Of a stretch of DNA of 24,374 nucleotides, positions 8,561 through 16,891 are shown in pieces. The stretch comes from a virus. Its lineage: Duplodnaviria; Caudoviricetes. The notes beneath the pieces are model-generated. The model did no database searches, was not told the DNA's origin, and worked only from the letters and a program-made list of their open reading frames with translations. A program made the position numbers and the translations under genes. The stretch covers positions 1 to 24,374 of the IMG/VR virus record IMGVR_UViG_3300033512_000651. One strand, written 5' to 3'. Positions within the stretch are counted from its first letter, which is position 1, and every line of letters starts with the position of its first letter.

Positions 8561-8563
8561 CTT

Positions 8564-11500
8564 TTATTTATTTTGTTTTTCAATTACTTCAATCTCACTA
8601 TCAACTATTCCATAAATTTTATAAACTATTTTATCAATTTCGTTTTCTAAATTTATTGTTTCTGTTTTATTTAATTTTTTGTCTAATATTTCATTTACCA
8701 ATTTTTCTATTTTTTTTATTGAATTCTTTTCTTTTGGAATGCAAATTGGTAATTCTCCAACACTTCGTGCCTGAATTTCAGAAAACACAGTCTTTGTAGA
8801 TTTGAACTTATTTACATAAATATAATTCATTAATTTTGAGTTCATAATTGCCAATAAATATTTAATGTTTAGAGTAACATTATTCTTTGAAGTTACAACA
8901 ACTAATGTATTTAGAGCAAAATACTGTTCGCTGTCATATGTAAAAATAAGGTTTGCTGAAACTCGTCTGAAAAATAATTTTTCTTTTGCTAAGAATATGT
9001 CTTTGGTTTTACAAGAATGGATTTTATTAACATCGTAGTCTAAGAATACATTATCCCAATTTATTGAATATTTTTGTATATTTCTACCGTCTAATAATTT
9101 ATAATATTTTCCTTCCGGATTATTGTCTTTTAACGATAACGATTTATCGCCTTTTAATGCAATAGCCTGATTTATATTGCATAATTCAGAAAGTTTTTGA
9201 AATTCATTTGTAAAAATCTTATCTATTAAAAGATTATCATTTAATGCGAAATTGAAATTTGGTTGCAAAATGAAATTTTGTTTTGATTTTTCAGAAATCG
9301 GCAATGTGTTAATTTCTGTCTGTTCAAATATTTGAATATTATAATTCTCTAAAATTCTATTTTTGATAATTATTGAAATATTTTCAACAACTGCTGTTTC
9401 AAATGGTAAAAATGGATATGTAATAATTTGTTGAATTTCAGATTTTTCAAGTATAAATTGTCTTGTAAATTGATAATACTCTTGTGATAATAAAGTATTT
9501 GGAATGATAAAACCTAACATTCCGTCTTTTTTAAGAAGATTAAAACTATTGTGAATAAAAAAGATAAAGGTATTTAATCTGCCTGCTGATGTTTTAAACT
9601 TTTCTAATAAGTATTTTTTATAAATATCTGATAAGTTTTCAGTTTTAGATAATTGAATATATGGCGGATTTCCAATTATAGCGTCAAAACCAATGAAATA
9701 ACCATTATCATCTAAAACTTCTGGAAACTCAAAACGCCACTCAAATGAATTGAAATAAATTTCTTTCCTTTTTTCTTCATATCTTTTTTCTAACTCAACT
9801 CTTTCTTTATTTAATCGCGTCAACTTCATACTCCATTGAGTTTGTTCATCTTTATTGAAAAACAATGGTGTACTTCCAATTTCCGCTTCAAGTTCTTTTA
9901 TTTTTTTAAAATCATCATCATTGGGTTTAACTACTCTACTAAAATATTCTTTACATTCTACAATAAATTTTTCAACAACTTGTTTTTCTTGTTTTGTTTG
10001 CGAGTTTTTATACTGTTCAACTTTTTCTTTATATTTTTGTGTGAATTGTTTTAATTTTTGTGATTGACCATTTGTTAATCCATTACCATTAAGCGTAAAA
10101 TGGCTTACTAATGAGTTTCCTGTTTTAATATTTATATCAATATTTGGTAAAGTTTCAAGATTTGTAAAATTACTTTCTTTTGTATAGAAAGAATTTTTAA
10201 GTAGCTCAATCCATAATCGTAAACGACAAATTTGAACAGATTTTGGGTTTATGTCCACTCCAAATAAACAGTTTTCTATTAAAATTCGTTTTTCTTTAAA
10301 AATTGTTTCTTGTATGCGTTGACTTTCTTTGTCCTTAAAATTATAGTTAAAAAATTGACCAAAATGATTTATAAATAATTCATCGTTTTGAACTTCACAA
10401 TATGTATTTCGCAATATTTGTCCTTCGCTATCTATTAAAATTCCAAGTTCAGATTTTATTGCAATTAGTTCATTTAAAGCTGAAACTAAAAAATGTCCAC
10501 TGCCAACCGCAGGGTCACAAATGCGAATAGAGTTAAATATTTCGTTTGCCTTTTCTATATCAATTTCAGAAATTTTATTATAAAGCTGTGGTTTTAAGTT
10601 GGTACAATTCCAATTATAAACAGTGTTGAATTTTTGAATTACAGTTTTACGTATTGTATCACGGCAAATATACATAGTAATAAAACCGGGTGTAAAAAAA
10701 CTACCTTCTTTATAACCATTAATTTTTTCAAAAAACAGACCTAAAACAGAAGAATTTATTACAGTTTTGTAATGTTCTTGAATTTCTAATTTATTATCGC
10801 TTGCAAAGTTATAGCTATCTAAAAATTCAAAGATATATTGTAATACAGGTAAATCACCGTTTTTTCTTTTACCTAAATTGTCTTTGAGTACGGTTAAGTT
10901 ATAAATTGGTAATGTAGTATTATGCTTTAAATGATTGACTTTTACTGTTTCTTTTTCAAGTGCTGTAAGTTCAAAAAGAGAACTATTTAGATACGGAACT
11001 TTTTCATATTTTGATTGTAAAGTTTTTTTTCTGTCTTCGGGTGTAACGGCAAGAATTTCAAAGAATATAATTTTTAATTCTTCAAAATCTTTAATTTTCT
11101 GATTGTTAAGAAATGCAAAATCGAAATTTTTACTATTATATTTTATTAATTGACTTTCGAGAAGTTTTAAAAATAAAATTCTATTCAACCAAGTAATACA
11201 CAATTCTAAACCAATACTAAATATTTGTTCTTCTTGCGTTTCACCAAAACGTTCCGGTTGTTCCAAATTTTGAAATATATCGTCTGTTTCGATAATTGAA
11301 ATAACATTTTCAAGCAAACTTCCTTCGTTTCGGTCTTGTATTTTAAGTCGTTCAATTTTTCGAGTATTATCTTTGGTTTCGTACAAACCGATAATATGAA
11401 GTAGTTCATTATAAAATTCACGATTTAAAGTATTGCTATCATTTTGAAATGGAAGTTTTAAAAGGTGTTCAGGTGAAAATATTTTGTATAATTCAATTAT

Positions 11501-12145
11501 TGTGTTTTCATTTTCGATTATGTTTTTAGATAATTGAAAATGTGTACAACTAATTTTTTCTTGACTTTCTTGTATAAATGGTTTTGCAATTACAGAATAA
11601 AACCAATCTTTGTTTTTACTTACTAATTGTTGATTTGTCCAATCATTATATTTTTTTAGGAATGATTTGTTTTGATAAAAAAGTCGTTCAAACTCGGAAG
11701 CATTAAAAATAAACCAATCAATTGAATTTGTAATAATTAAATGTTTAATCTCTAAATTATCATTAGTTACTCGTTCTTCTAAGTAATATTGTATAAGTTC
11801 CTGAAATGCTTTTTTATTTAATTCTTTGGTGGTAATCATCTCTGTTGATTTAATTGCTTTTGTTTCAACGATTACACCAATGTTATCGTTTTCTTCTTTT
11901 CCGTTGTAAATTACAAGGTCAATGTTATTTATATTTTCTTTTATTGTAAATTTGTTTTTATAGTATGTGTCACGAAAAAAAATATTAATATAATCTTTTA
12001 ATGTTTCTTCATTATCATTCTGTTTAATTGATTTTAATAAATTTGCATAGTTTTCTTTAAACGAAGATATTTCATCAATGAATGTGCTTTGAGCTAAATA
12101 AACTTTATTTACTGAATTATTTATATTTATAATTTCTAATTCCAT
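8564..12145 (-). CDS. Type IIG (Eco57I-like) fused restriction endonuclease / m6A methyltransferase with C-terminal TaqI-like specificity domain, cassette 4
   Basis: N-terminal PD-(D/E)xK-like IDLVI...IVETK...QE...YY; GSFFTP, CDPAVGSGHFL (motif I), GVDINP, IIGNPPY (motif IV); C-terminal YLLAIMNSKL...EIDKIVYKIYG. Confidence 0.92.
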   Translation of the reverse strand: MELEIININNSVNKVYLAQSTFIDEISSFKENYANLLKSIKQNDNEETLKDYINIFFRDTYYKNKFTIKENINNIDLVIYNGKEENDNIGVIVETKAIKSTEMITTKELNKKAFQELIQYYLEERVTNDNLEIKHLIITNSIDWFIFNASEFERLFYQNKSFLKKYNDWTNQQLVSKNKDWFYSVIAKPFIQESQEKISCTHFQLSKNIIENENTIIELYKIFSPEHLLKLPFQNDSNTLNREFYNELLHIIGLYETKDNTRKIERLKIQDRNEGSLLENVISIIETDDIFQNLEQPERFGETQEEQIFSIGLELCITWLNRILFLKLLESQLIKYNSKNFDFAFLNNQKIKDFEELKIIFFEILAVTPEDRKKTLQSKYEKVPYLNSSLFELTALEKETVKVNHLKHNTTLPIYNLTVLKDNLGKRKNGDLPVLQYIFEFLDSYNFASDNKLEIQEHYKTVINSSVLGLFFEKINGYKEGSFFTPGFITMYICRDTIRKTVIQKFNTVYNWNCTNLKPQLYNKISEIDIEKANEIFNSIRICDPAVGSGHFLVSALNELIAIKSELGILIDSEGQILRNTYCEVQNDELFINHFGQFFNYNFKDKESQRIQETIFKEKRILIENCLFGVDINPKSVQICRLRLWIELLKNSFYTKESNFTNLETLPNIDINIKTGNSLVSHFTLNGNGLTNGQSQKLKQFTQKYKEKVEQYKNSQTKQEKQVVEKFIVECKEYFSRVVKPNDDDFKKIKELEAEIGSTPLFFNKDEQTQWSMKLTRLNKERVELEKRYEEKRKEIYFNSFEWRFEFPEVLDDNGYFIGFDAIIGNPPYIQLSKTENLSDIYKKYLLEKFKTSAGRLNTFIFFIHNSFNLLKKDGMLGFIIPNTLLSQEYYQFTRQFILEKSEIQQIITYPFLPFETAVVENISIIIKNRILENYNIQIFEQTEINTLPISEKSKQNFILQPNFNFALNDNLLIDKIFTNEFQKLSELCNINQAIALKGDKSLSLKDNNPEGKYYKLLDGRNIQKYSINWDNVFLDYDVNKIHSCKTKDIFLAKEKLFFRRVSANLIFTYDSEQYFALNTLVVVTSKNNVTLNIKYLLAIMNSKLMNYIYVNKFKSTKTVFSEIQARSVGELPICIPKEKNSIKKIEKLVNEILDKKLNKTETINLENEIDKIVYKIYGIVDSEIEVIEKQNK

Positions 12146-12166
12146 TTATCGTTGTTTTATTTGCAG

Positions 12167-12174
12167 CAAAGTTA
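12167..12174 (-). promoter_or_regulatory. Putative -7 promoter element for the Type IIG gene
   Basis: Minus-strand TAACTTTG 21 nt upstream of the ATG at 12145; -33 element not clear. Confidence 0.45.
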
Positions 12175-12220
12175 ATAATTTTTATTCATTTTCATAGTTG
12201 CACAATTGTTGGTTTTTCAT

Positions 12221-12267
12221 AGCGTATAACATTTTAATTTACACACGTACAAATGTGCAGTATGTTA
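12221..12267 (-). other. Array-terminal recombination core (attI-like or secondary insertion site)
   Basis: agcgtataac (12221-12230) is the exact reverse complement of gttatacgct (8429-8438); followed by A rather than G and lacks a long hairpin. Confidence 0.55.
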
Positions 12268-12483
12268 ACAGAGAAACAAATACAAAACATTCATAAACTC
12301 GATGCACAAACGTGCAAAGCGATTATGCACGAATGTGCAGAGCGTTTAGGCGTTGTTTCTGTAAAAGAATTTTGCAAAATTTTGAATATGCCACGCCGCA
12401 CAGTATATGATTTTATGGAGCGTGGTAAAATTCAATATATTACTATTTCAGAACATAAATTTCCGATTATTAACGATAAATAA
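12262..12483 (+). CDS. Small HTH protein (excisionase/MerR-like)
   Basis: VSVKEFCKILNMPRRTVYDFMERGKI motif; alternative start at 12253. Confidence 0.7.
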   Translation: MLTEKQIQNIHKLDAQTCKAIMHECAERLGVVSVKEFCKILNMPRRTVYDFMERGKIQYITISEHKFPIINDK

Positions 12484-12492
12484 TTAATAAAT

Positions 12493-13158
12493 ATGCCATT
12501 AAATACATCAAAAGGAAACATGTATGATTTTATAACTCATACATGGAATACGGTAAAAGGGAAATGTGAACATGATTGTTTTTATTGCTACATGAAAAAA
12601 TTCAAAAATCAACGGGCATGTAGGTTTGACGAAAAAGAACTGAAAACCGATTTGGGTTCTGGCAACTTTATTTTTGTTGGCAGTTCAAATGATTTGTTTG
12701 CAAATAGTAATCCAGTCAATTGGATAGATGAAACTTTACTTCATTGTGCGCAATTCGATAACGATTATTTATTTCAATCGAAAAACCCGGCAAGGATACA
12801 AGAAATGACAAACTATTTGCCTTCAAAATCGGTTATTTGTACAACTATTGAAACGAATAGGTTCTATCCGGAGATAATGAATAATTCGCCAAAACCGTTA
12901 GAACGCGCAATGGCAATGAACGATTTGTCCACGGTTATGAAAACATTCGTTACTATTGAACCAATTATGGATTTTGATATTGCTGAAATGCTTGATTTAA
13001 TTTATCGTTGCCGACCAACTCAAGTTAACATCGGCGCTGATAGTTGCGGGTATAATTTGCCCGAACCTTCCAAAATAAAATTATTGTCTTTAATAGAAGA
13101 ATTAAAGAAGTTTACAACTATCCACAGAAAAACAAATTTAGCCAGATTGTTGAAATAG
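12493..13158 (+). CDS. DUF5131 / Gp37-Gp68-like radical SAM protein
   Basis: TWN...G.CEHDCFYCY (CxxxCxxC), IFVGS..DLF, FQSKNP.R and FVTIEP motifs. Confidence 0.82.
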   Translation: MPLNTSKGNMYDFITHTWNTVKGKCEHDCFYCYMKKFKNQRACRFDEKELKTDLGSGNFIFVGSSNDLFANSNPVNWIDETLLHCAQFDNDYLFQSKNPARIQEMTNYLPSKSVICTTIETNRFYPEIMNNSPKPLERAMAMNDLSTVMKTFVTIEPIMDFDIAEMLDLIYRCRPTQVNIGADSCGYNLPEPSKIKLLSLIEELKKFTTIHRKTNLARLLK

Positions 13159-13226
13159 AAATAAATTATTAATTTTGTGCATTATATATAAAATATATTG
13201 TTAACTATTGAGAAATTTTAATTTTT

Positions 13227-13454
13227 ATGGGAACGCAAATAATAAATAACAAACCTAAAAAAGAAAATGACGATAACATTAAACAAAAGATTTTAAATTA
13301 TTTAGAAGATTTAAAATCGCAAAAGGTTGAAGCAATGAAGGTATTCGAGTTGAATTTAGACAAATCGAATCCGGTAGTCCAAGCTGAAGAAATGATTTTA
13401 AAAAACAAAATCTGGCAAATACAGGAAATTAGCCAAGTAATAAAATTATTATAA
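13227..13454 (+). CDS. Hypothetical protein
   Basis: 75 aa helical ORF, 1 nt before the next start. Confidence 0.6.
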   Translation: MGTQIINNKPKKENDDNIKQKILNYLEDLKSQKVEAMKVFELNLDKSNPVVQAEEMILKNKIWQIQEISQVIKLL

Positions 13455-13455
13455 A

Positions 13456-13893
13456 ATGGGTAGGAGCAAAAAAGCTGATGATTATCTTAAAGTTCGACAA
13501 ATTCAAGAAGAATTTCTTAAAGGTAAAAATCAAACCGACATAGTATATCAATTATGCAATCAATGGAAAGTTTCCAAAGCAACTGCATATAGATATATTA
13601 TAAAAGCTCTCGAATTATTTAAAGAGCAAAGCATTGCAAAAATTGAACATAAAAAAGCCTATCATGTTCAAGCAAGAATGAAATTATTCGAAAAAGCTAT
13701 GGAAATAAATAAACCCAATCCAAAATTTGCTCTTGAAATTTTAATTGACTTAGCTAAAATAGAAGGCTTGTATGTCGAAAAAATTGATAACACGCATGTA
13801 ATAAAAGAACAAAGTTTGAATTTCACGTATGAGCAGCTTATGGATTTGAAATATGGCAAAGGAAAATGGCAAGAATTAGACAAGGTTACGTAA
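13456..13893 (+). CDS. Putative terminase small subunit
   Basis: N-terminal HTH (DIVYQLCNQWKVSKATAYRYI), AL..L..LAKI.GLY.EKI helical core; adjacent to terL. Confidence 0.6.
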   Translation: MGRSKKADDYLKVRQIQEEFLKGKNQTDIVYQLCNQWKVSKATAYRYIIKALELFKEQSIAKIEHKKAYHVQARMKLFEKAMEINKPNPKFALEILIDLAKIEGLYVEKIDNTHVIKEQSLNFTYEQLMDLKYGKGKWQELDKVT

Positions 13894-15276
13894 CCATTGA
13901 GCCGAGCCAGCCAAAACATCTGGCGCATCATCGTGTGTAACATCGCCATTAATCGGATAACTATACACATTTTGCATAAACTTAGCATAATCGCTCCCTT
14001 CTGATACATCGTCTCTGAAAACAAAATACTCCTTAATAAATTGAGTTTGAAATAAAATACGGCTACGTTTGTTCGCTGTATTCTTCACTGAACTAACAGA
14101 TGAAAATGTACATTCTTTTTGAATGTCATTTTTAAAAACTATTCCGGAACTGTTTGTTTCAATGCGTTCGTTTTCAATCCTGTATTTTTTTATCATTTCA
14201 ATACACGCTGGCATTGCATACTCATAACTTTCATCAGTAAAAATTGCATCAATCACATAAAATTTTGCTCCCGATTTTGCAATAAAAACTTTCGCGAAAT
14301 AATCGGTACCAAGCAATTTGGTATCAATATAACCAAATGTTCCTTCAATGGTAGAAAATATTTTATCGTCTGTTTTTGCGAGATAATAATTCTCCAAGTC
14401 CAGTTTAAATGTATCGTCAAACTTGAAAAACTTAAAATCTTTCGGATAAAAAGCCATACCCGATATTTCGGTTGGTTGCTGTTGGTATATCGAAAGAAAA
14501 ATAGCTTTTGATGTTATTTTCCGTAAATCAAGATAATATTCTGTGGTGTGAACTTCTTCACAAAAACTCTCATCGTTTTCGTCCAATGCCGAAATTATAA
14601 TTTGCTCATCGAAACCATTTCGTTTTGAAATAATTCCAATGGGATCTTTTTTCGACCAACGAGTGGAAATATGAATTTCGATGCAATTACCTTCCAACCT
14701 GCTTTTATGAGCCGATTCGAACCAACTACCAAGTTTATCAATAATGGTTTCCGATTGTGAATCTTCAAAGTTCTTAATGGGGTCGTCTAATATTGCCATA
14801 AGTGAAGCTCCAAATCCGGTGATTGAGCCTCCAACACCGGCGCAAAAGTAACTTACCTGTTTTGCAGTGGTTAAATTCCAACCCGAAACGGCGTGTTTGT
14901 CTATGCTTAATGCTACAGTTGGAAAAACTTTAATGAATTTTTCCGTTTTTATTAAATCCCTTGTATCGTAGCTTAGTTTTTCAGCTAAAGTTGCTGAGTA
15001 CGAATTTCGCATTATTGATTCTTCCGGAAACTTCCCAAGCATCCACGCGCAAAACAGCGATGTAATGTAAGATTTTCCAGCCCTTGGCGGTGTCGAAATT
15101 CCAATAGTGTATTTTTCACCATTGGCATATTTCATATAAGCACGTTGAAATAATTCTGCTATTTTTTTAAGATGTTTCTTCTTTTTGGTAAAGAATTTCT
15201 CATCCATAAAAAGGCAAAACTCATAAAAATTAATACGTGCTAATTCGATGTTTACAAACTCGTCAATTTTTACCAT
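13876..15276 (-). CDS. terL: Terminase large subunit (inverted relative to neighbours)
   Basis: Walker A PPRAGKS, GVGGSITGFGA, Walker B ILDDPIK, TRW..KD, YQQQP, C-terminal nuclease HDDAPD. Confidence 0.93.
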   Translation of the reverse strand: MVKIDEFVNIELARINFYEFCLFMDEKFFTKKKKHLKKIAELFQRAYMKYANGEKYTIGISTPPRAGKSYITSLFCAWMLGKFPEESIMRNSYSATLAEKLSYDTRDLIKTEKFIKVFPTVALSIDKHAVSGWNLTTAKQVSYFCAGVGGSITGFGASLMAILDDPIKNFEDSQSETIIDKLGSWFESAHKSRLEGNCIEIHISTRWSKKDPIGIISKRNGFDEQIIISALDENDESFCEEVHTTEYYLDLRKITSKAIFLSIYQQQPTEISGMAFYPKDFKFFKFDDTFKLDLENYYLAKTDDKIFSTIEGTFGYIDTKLLGTDYFAKVFIAKSGAKFYVIDAIFTDESYEYAMPACIEMIKKYRIENERIETNSSGIVFKNDIQKECTFSSVSSVKNTANKRSRILFQTQFIKEYFVFRDDVSEGSDYAKFMQNVYSYPINGDVTHDDAPDVLAGSAQWLRNLV

Positions 15277-15505
15277 CGTAAATTATCTTTTTTATTGTTG
15301 TCATACTTAGGTTGAATTCAACCGACAATTTAGCAATAAAATGAGCAATGGTATTCTCCTTGTCTCGTTTGTTCCCTTTTTTTAGCTCAATATTTTTTAT
15401 CCGCTCTTTAATTTCGTAGCGAATAATAATATTTTCTTTTTGAAAGTCGGTCAATGAATTATAAATAAATTCGACCGGAATTTGTGAAATTAATGTAGTC
15501 GCCAT
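15263..15505 (-). CDS. Small protein with C-terminal HTH (Mor-like regulator candidate); start 15505 preferred over 15565
   Basis: IAKLSVEFNLSMTTIKKIIY HTH pattern; overlaps the terL start; a promoter motif lies inside the longer ORF version. Confidence 0.6.
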   Translation of the reverse strand: MATTLISQIPVEFIYNSLTDFQKENIIIRYEIKERIKNIELKKGNKRDKENTIAHFIAKLSVEFNLSMTTIKKIIYDGKN

Positions 15506-15533
15506 GATTAAATTAATTTTTATAGTTACAAAA

Positions 15534-15603
15534 TTTGGTACAAAAGTATAAAATCTTTGGTACATTAATTTGAATTTTAATTGGTTGGTTATATTTAATT
15601 TTG
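15534..15603. promoter_or_regulatory. Divergent promoter region (terL operon versus portal operon)
   Basis: Minus-strand TACTTTTG (15548-15541), plus-strand TAATTTTG (15596-15603); direct repeat tttggtaca at 15534-15542 and 15556-15564. Confidence 0.55.
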
Positions 15604-15625
15604 CAATGTATGTAAATACTTGTGT

Positions 15626-16891
15626 ATGTTTGATTTTTTTAGAAAAAAGGAAATAAACTTAAAAGCTGCTACTTCTACAATGAGCACTATAATTGGTGGT
15701 AGCAATATTTATATTTACAATTATTTACAAAACGACTTAGAGCTTTTAAAAGCATTCAAAGATTGTCCGGAGCTTAATTATATAATTAGATACCGTGGTA
15801 AACTCATTAGCCGAGTAGGTTTTAAATTATACCAAAAAGATTCCAAAGGGAATGAAGTAGAAGTTATCAAACATCCAATTATTAATTTGCTTGATAAACC
15901 AAATCAATTTCAATCGTTTAATGAATGGTTCAGGCAGTTTTGGAGTTACAAAGATTTATTTGGAAATGCTTATATAAATGCAATGACTCCGACAGGTTTT
16001 AAAGAACCTTCCAATTTATTCAACTTACCCAGCCAATATACCAAATTAAAGATAGATAGTAGTTTAAAAGACTTCAGACTTTCAAAAGTAAATGGTTATC
16101 AGGTTTATTTTGGTGGTCAAAATTTAGAACCATCGCCAGAATCGGTGATGCACTCAAAGGAAGTTGTTTTGGATTTTGATAAAAATGGTCAACCGTTTGC
16201 GTATTCCATTGCAGCAACCAATGAAAAAGCAATAAATTCAATTTTAGCTAATTATAGTACAAAAGTATATTTGCTAACCGAAGGAACTATGATTGGTTTG
16301 CTTACCGGTTCGGGTAACGAATTTTCGCAGCCAAATCCAAAAAACGTTTCACTTTTTCAGGAACAATTAAAAAAGTACGGTTTGAAATCGAACCAATACA
16401 AAATAATGGCAACCGACCAACAATTGAAATATCAATCGGTTCGCAGCCCTTTGCAAGATTTGAATTTAATCGAAAACTTACGCGAAGATAGAATTACATT
16501 ATGTAATTCTTTTGGTGTACCATCAGTAATATTCGACAATTCCAGCGCTACTTTCACTAATAAAATTGAAGCAAATAAAGAATCATACACTAACGCCATT
16601 CCAGAAATAAATGATTTTTTTAACGATATAACAAACTTTTTAATGACGAAGTTTGGAGAAACCAGACAAACCATTATAAAAGCCGATTATTCAAATATCA
16701 GAGAATTACAAGATTCGTTAAATGAAAAGAGCGCCAGATTATTAGATGAGTATAAGCTCGGCTTAATATCAAAAGGAGAATATCGCGAGGCTATGGGAAA
16801 AGAAGTAGAGCAAAGCGACTACAAAGTTTATTATACTGCAAATACAAATGTACAAATTGATAATACGTTAAGCAATGTCACAACCAACTAA
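15626..16891 (+). CDS. Portal protein, HK97 family
   Basis: HPIINLL.KPN.FQS, L.GNAYI, LCNSFGVPS.IF...ATFTN, E.REAMG motifs; precedes protease and capsid. Confidence 0.9.
   Translation: MFDFFRKKEINLKAATSTMSTIIGGSNIYIYNYLQNDLELLKAFKDCPELNYIIRYRGKLISRVGFKLYQKDSKGNEVEVIKHPIINLLDKPNQFQSFNEWFRQFWSYKDLFGNAYINAMTPTGFKEPSNLFNLPSQYTKLKIDSSLKDFRLSKVNGYQVYFGGQNLEPSPESVMHSKEVVLDFDKNGQPFAYSIAATNEKAINSILANYSTKVYLLTEGTMIGLLTGSGNEFSQPNPKNVSLFQEQLKKYGLKSNQYKIMATDQQLKYQSVRSPLQDLNLIENLREDRITLCNSFGVPSVIFDNSSATFTNKIEANKESYTNAIPEINDFFNDITNFLMTKFGETRQTIIKADYSNIRELQDSLNEKSARLLDEYKLGLISKGEYREAMGKEVEQSDYKVYYTANTNVQIDNTLSNVTTN

Larger units (their letters stand above)
5083..12230 (-). mobile_element. Integron-like gene-cassette array (4 cassettes, attC-like sites, no integrase in window)
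   Basis: Hairpin sites at 5083-5153, 5475-5614, 7605-7708 and 8280-8438 plus a terminal core at 12221-12230; each cassette has complementary 9-10 bp ends. Confidence 0.8.

Noticed and set aside
8281-8650. ORFs 8281..8475 and 8318..8650
   Set aside because: They run through attC-like site 4, low-complexity AT sequence and the antisense end of the Type IIG gene; probably spurious.
13876-15565. terL as a phase-variable invertible segment
   Set aside because: No flanking inverted repeats or invertase were found; overlapping stops and divergent promoters suggest a fixed arrangement.
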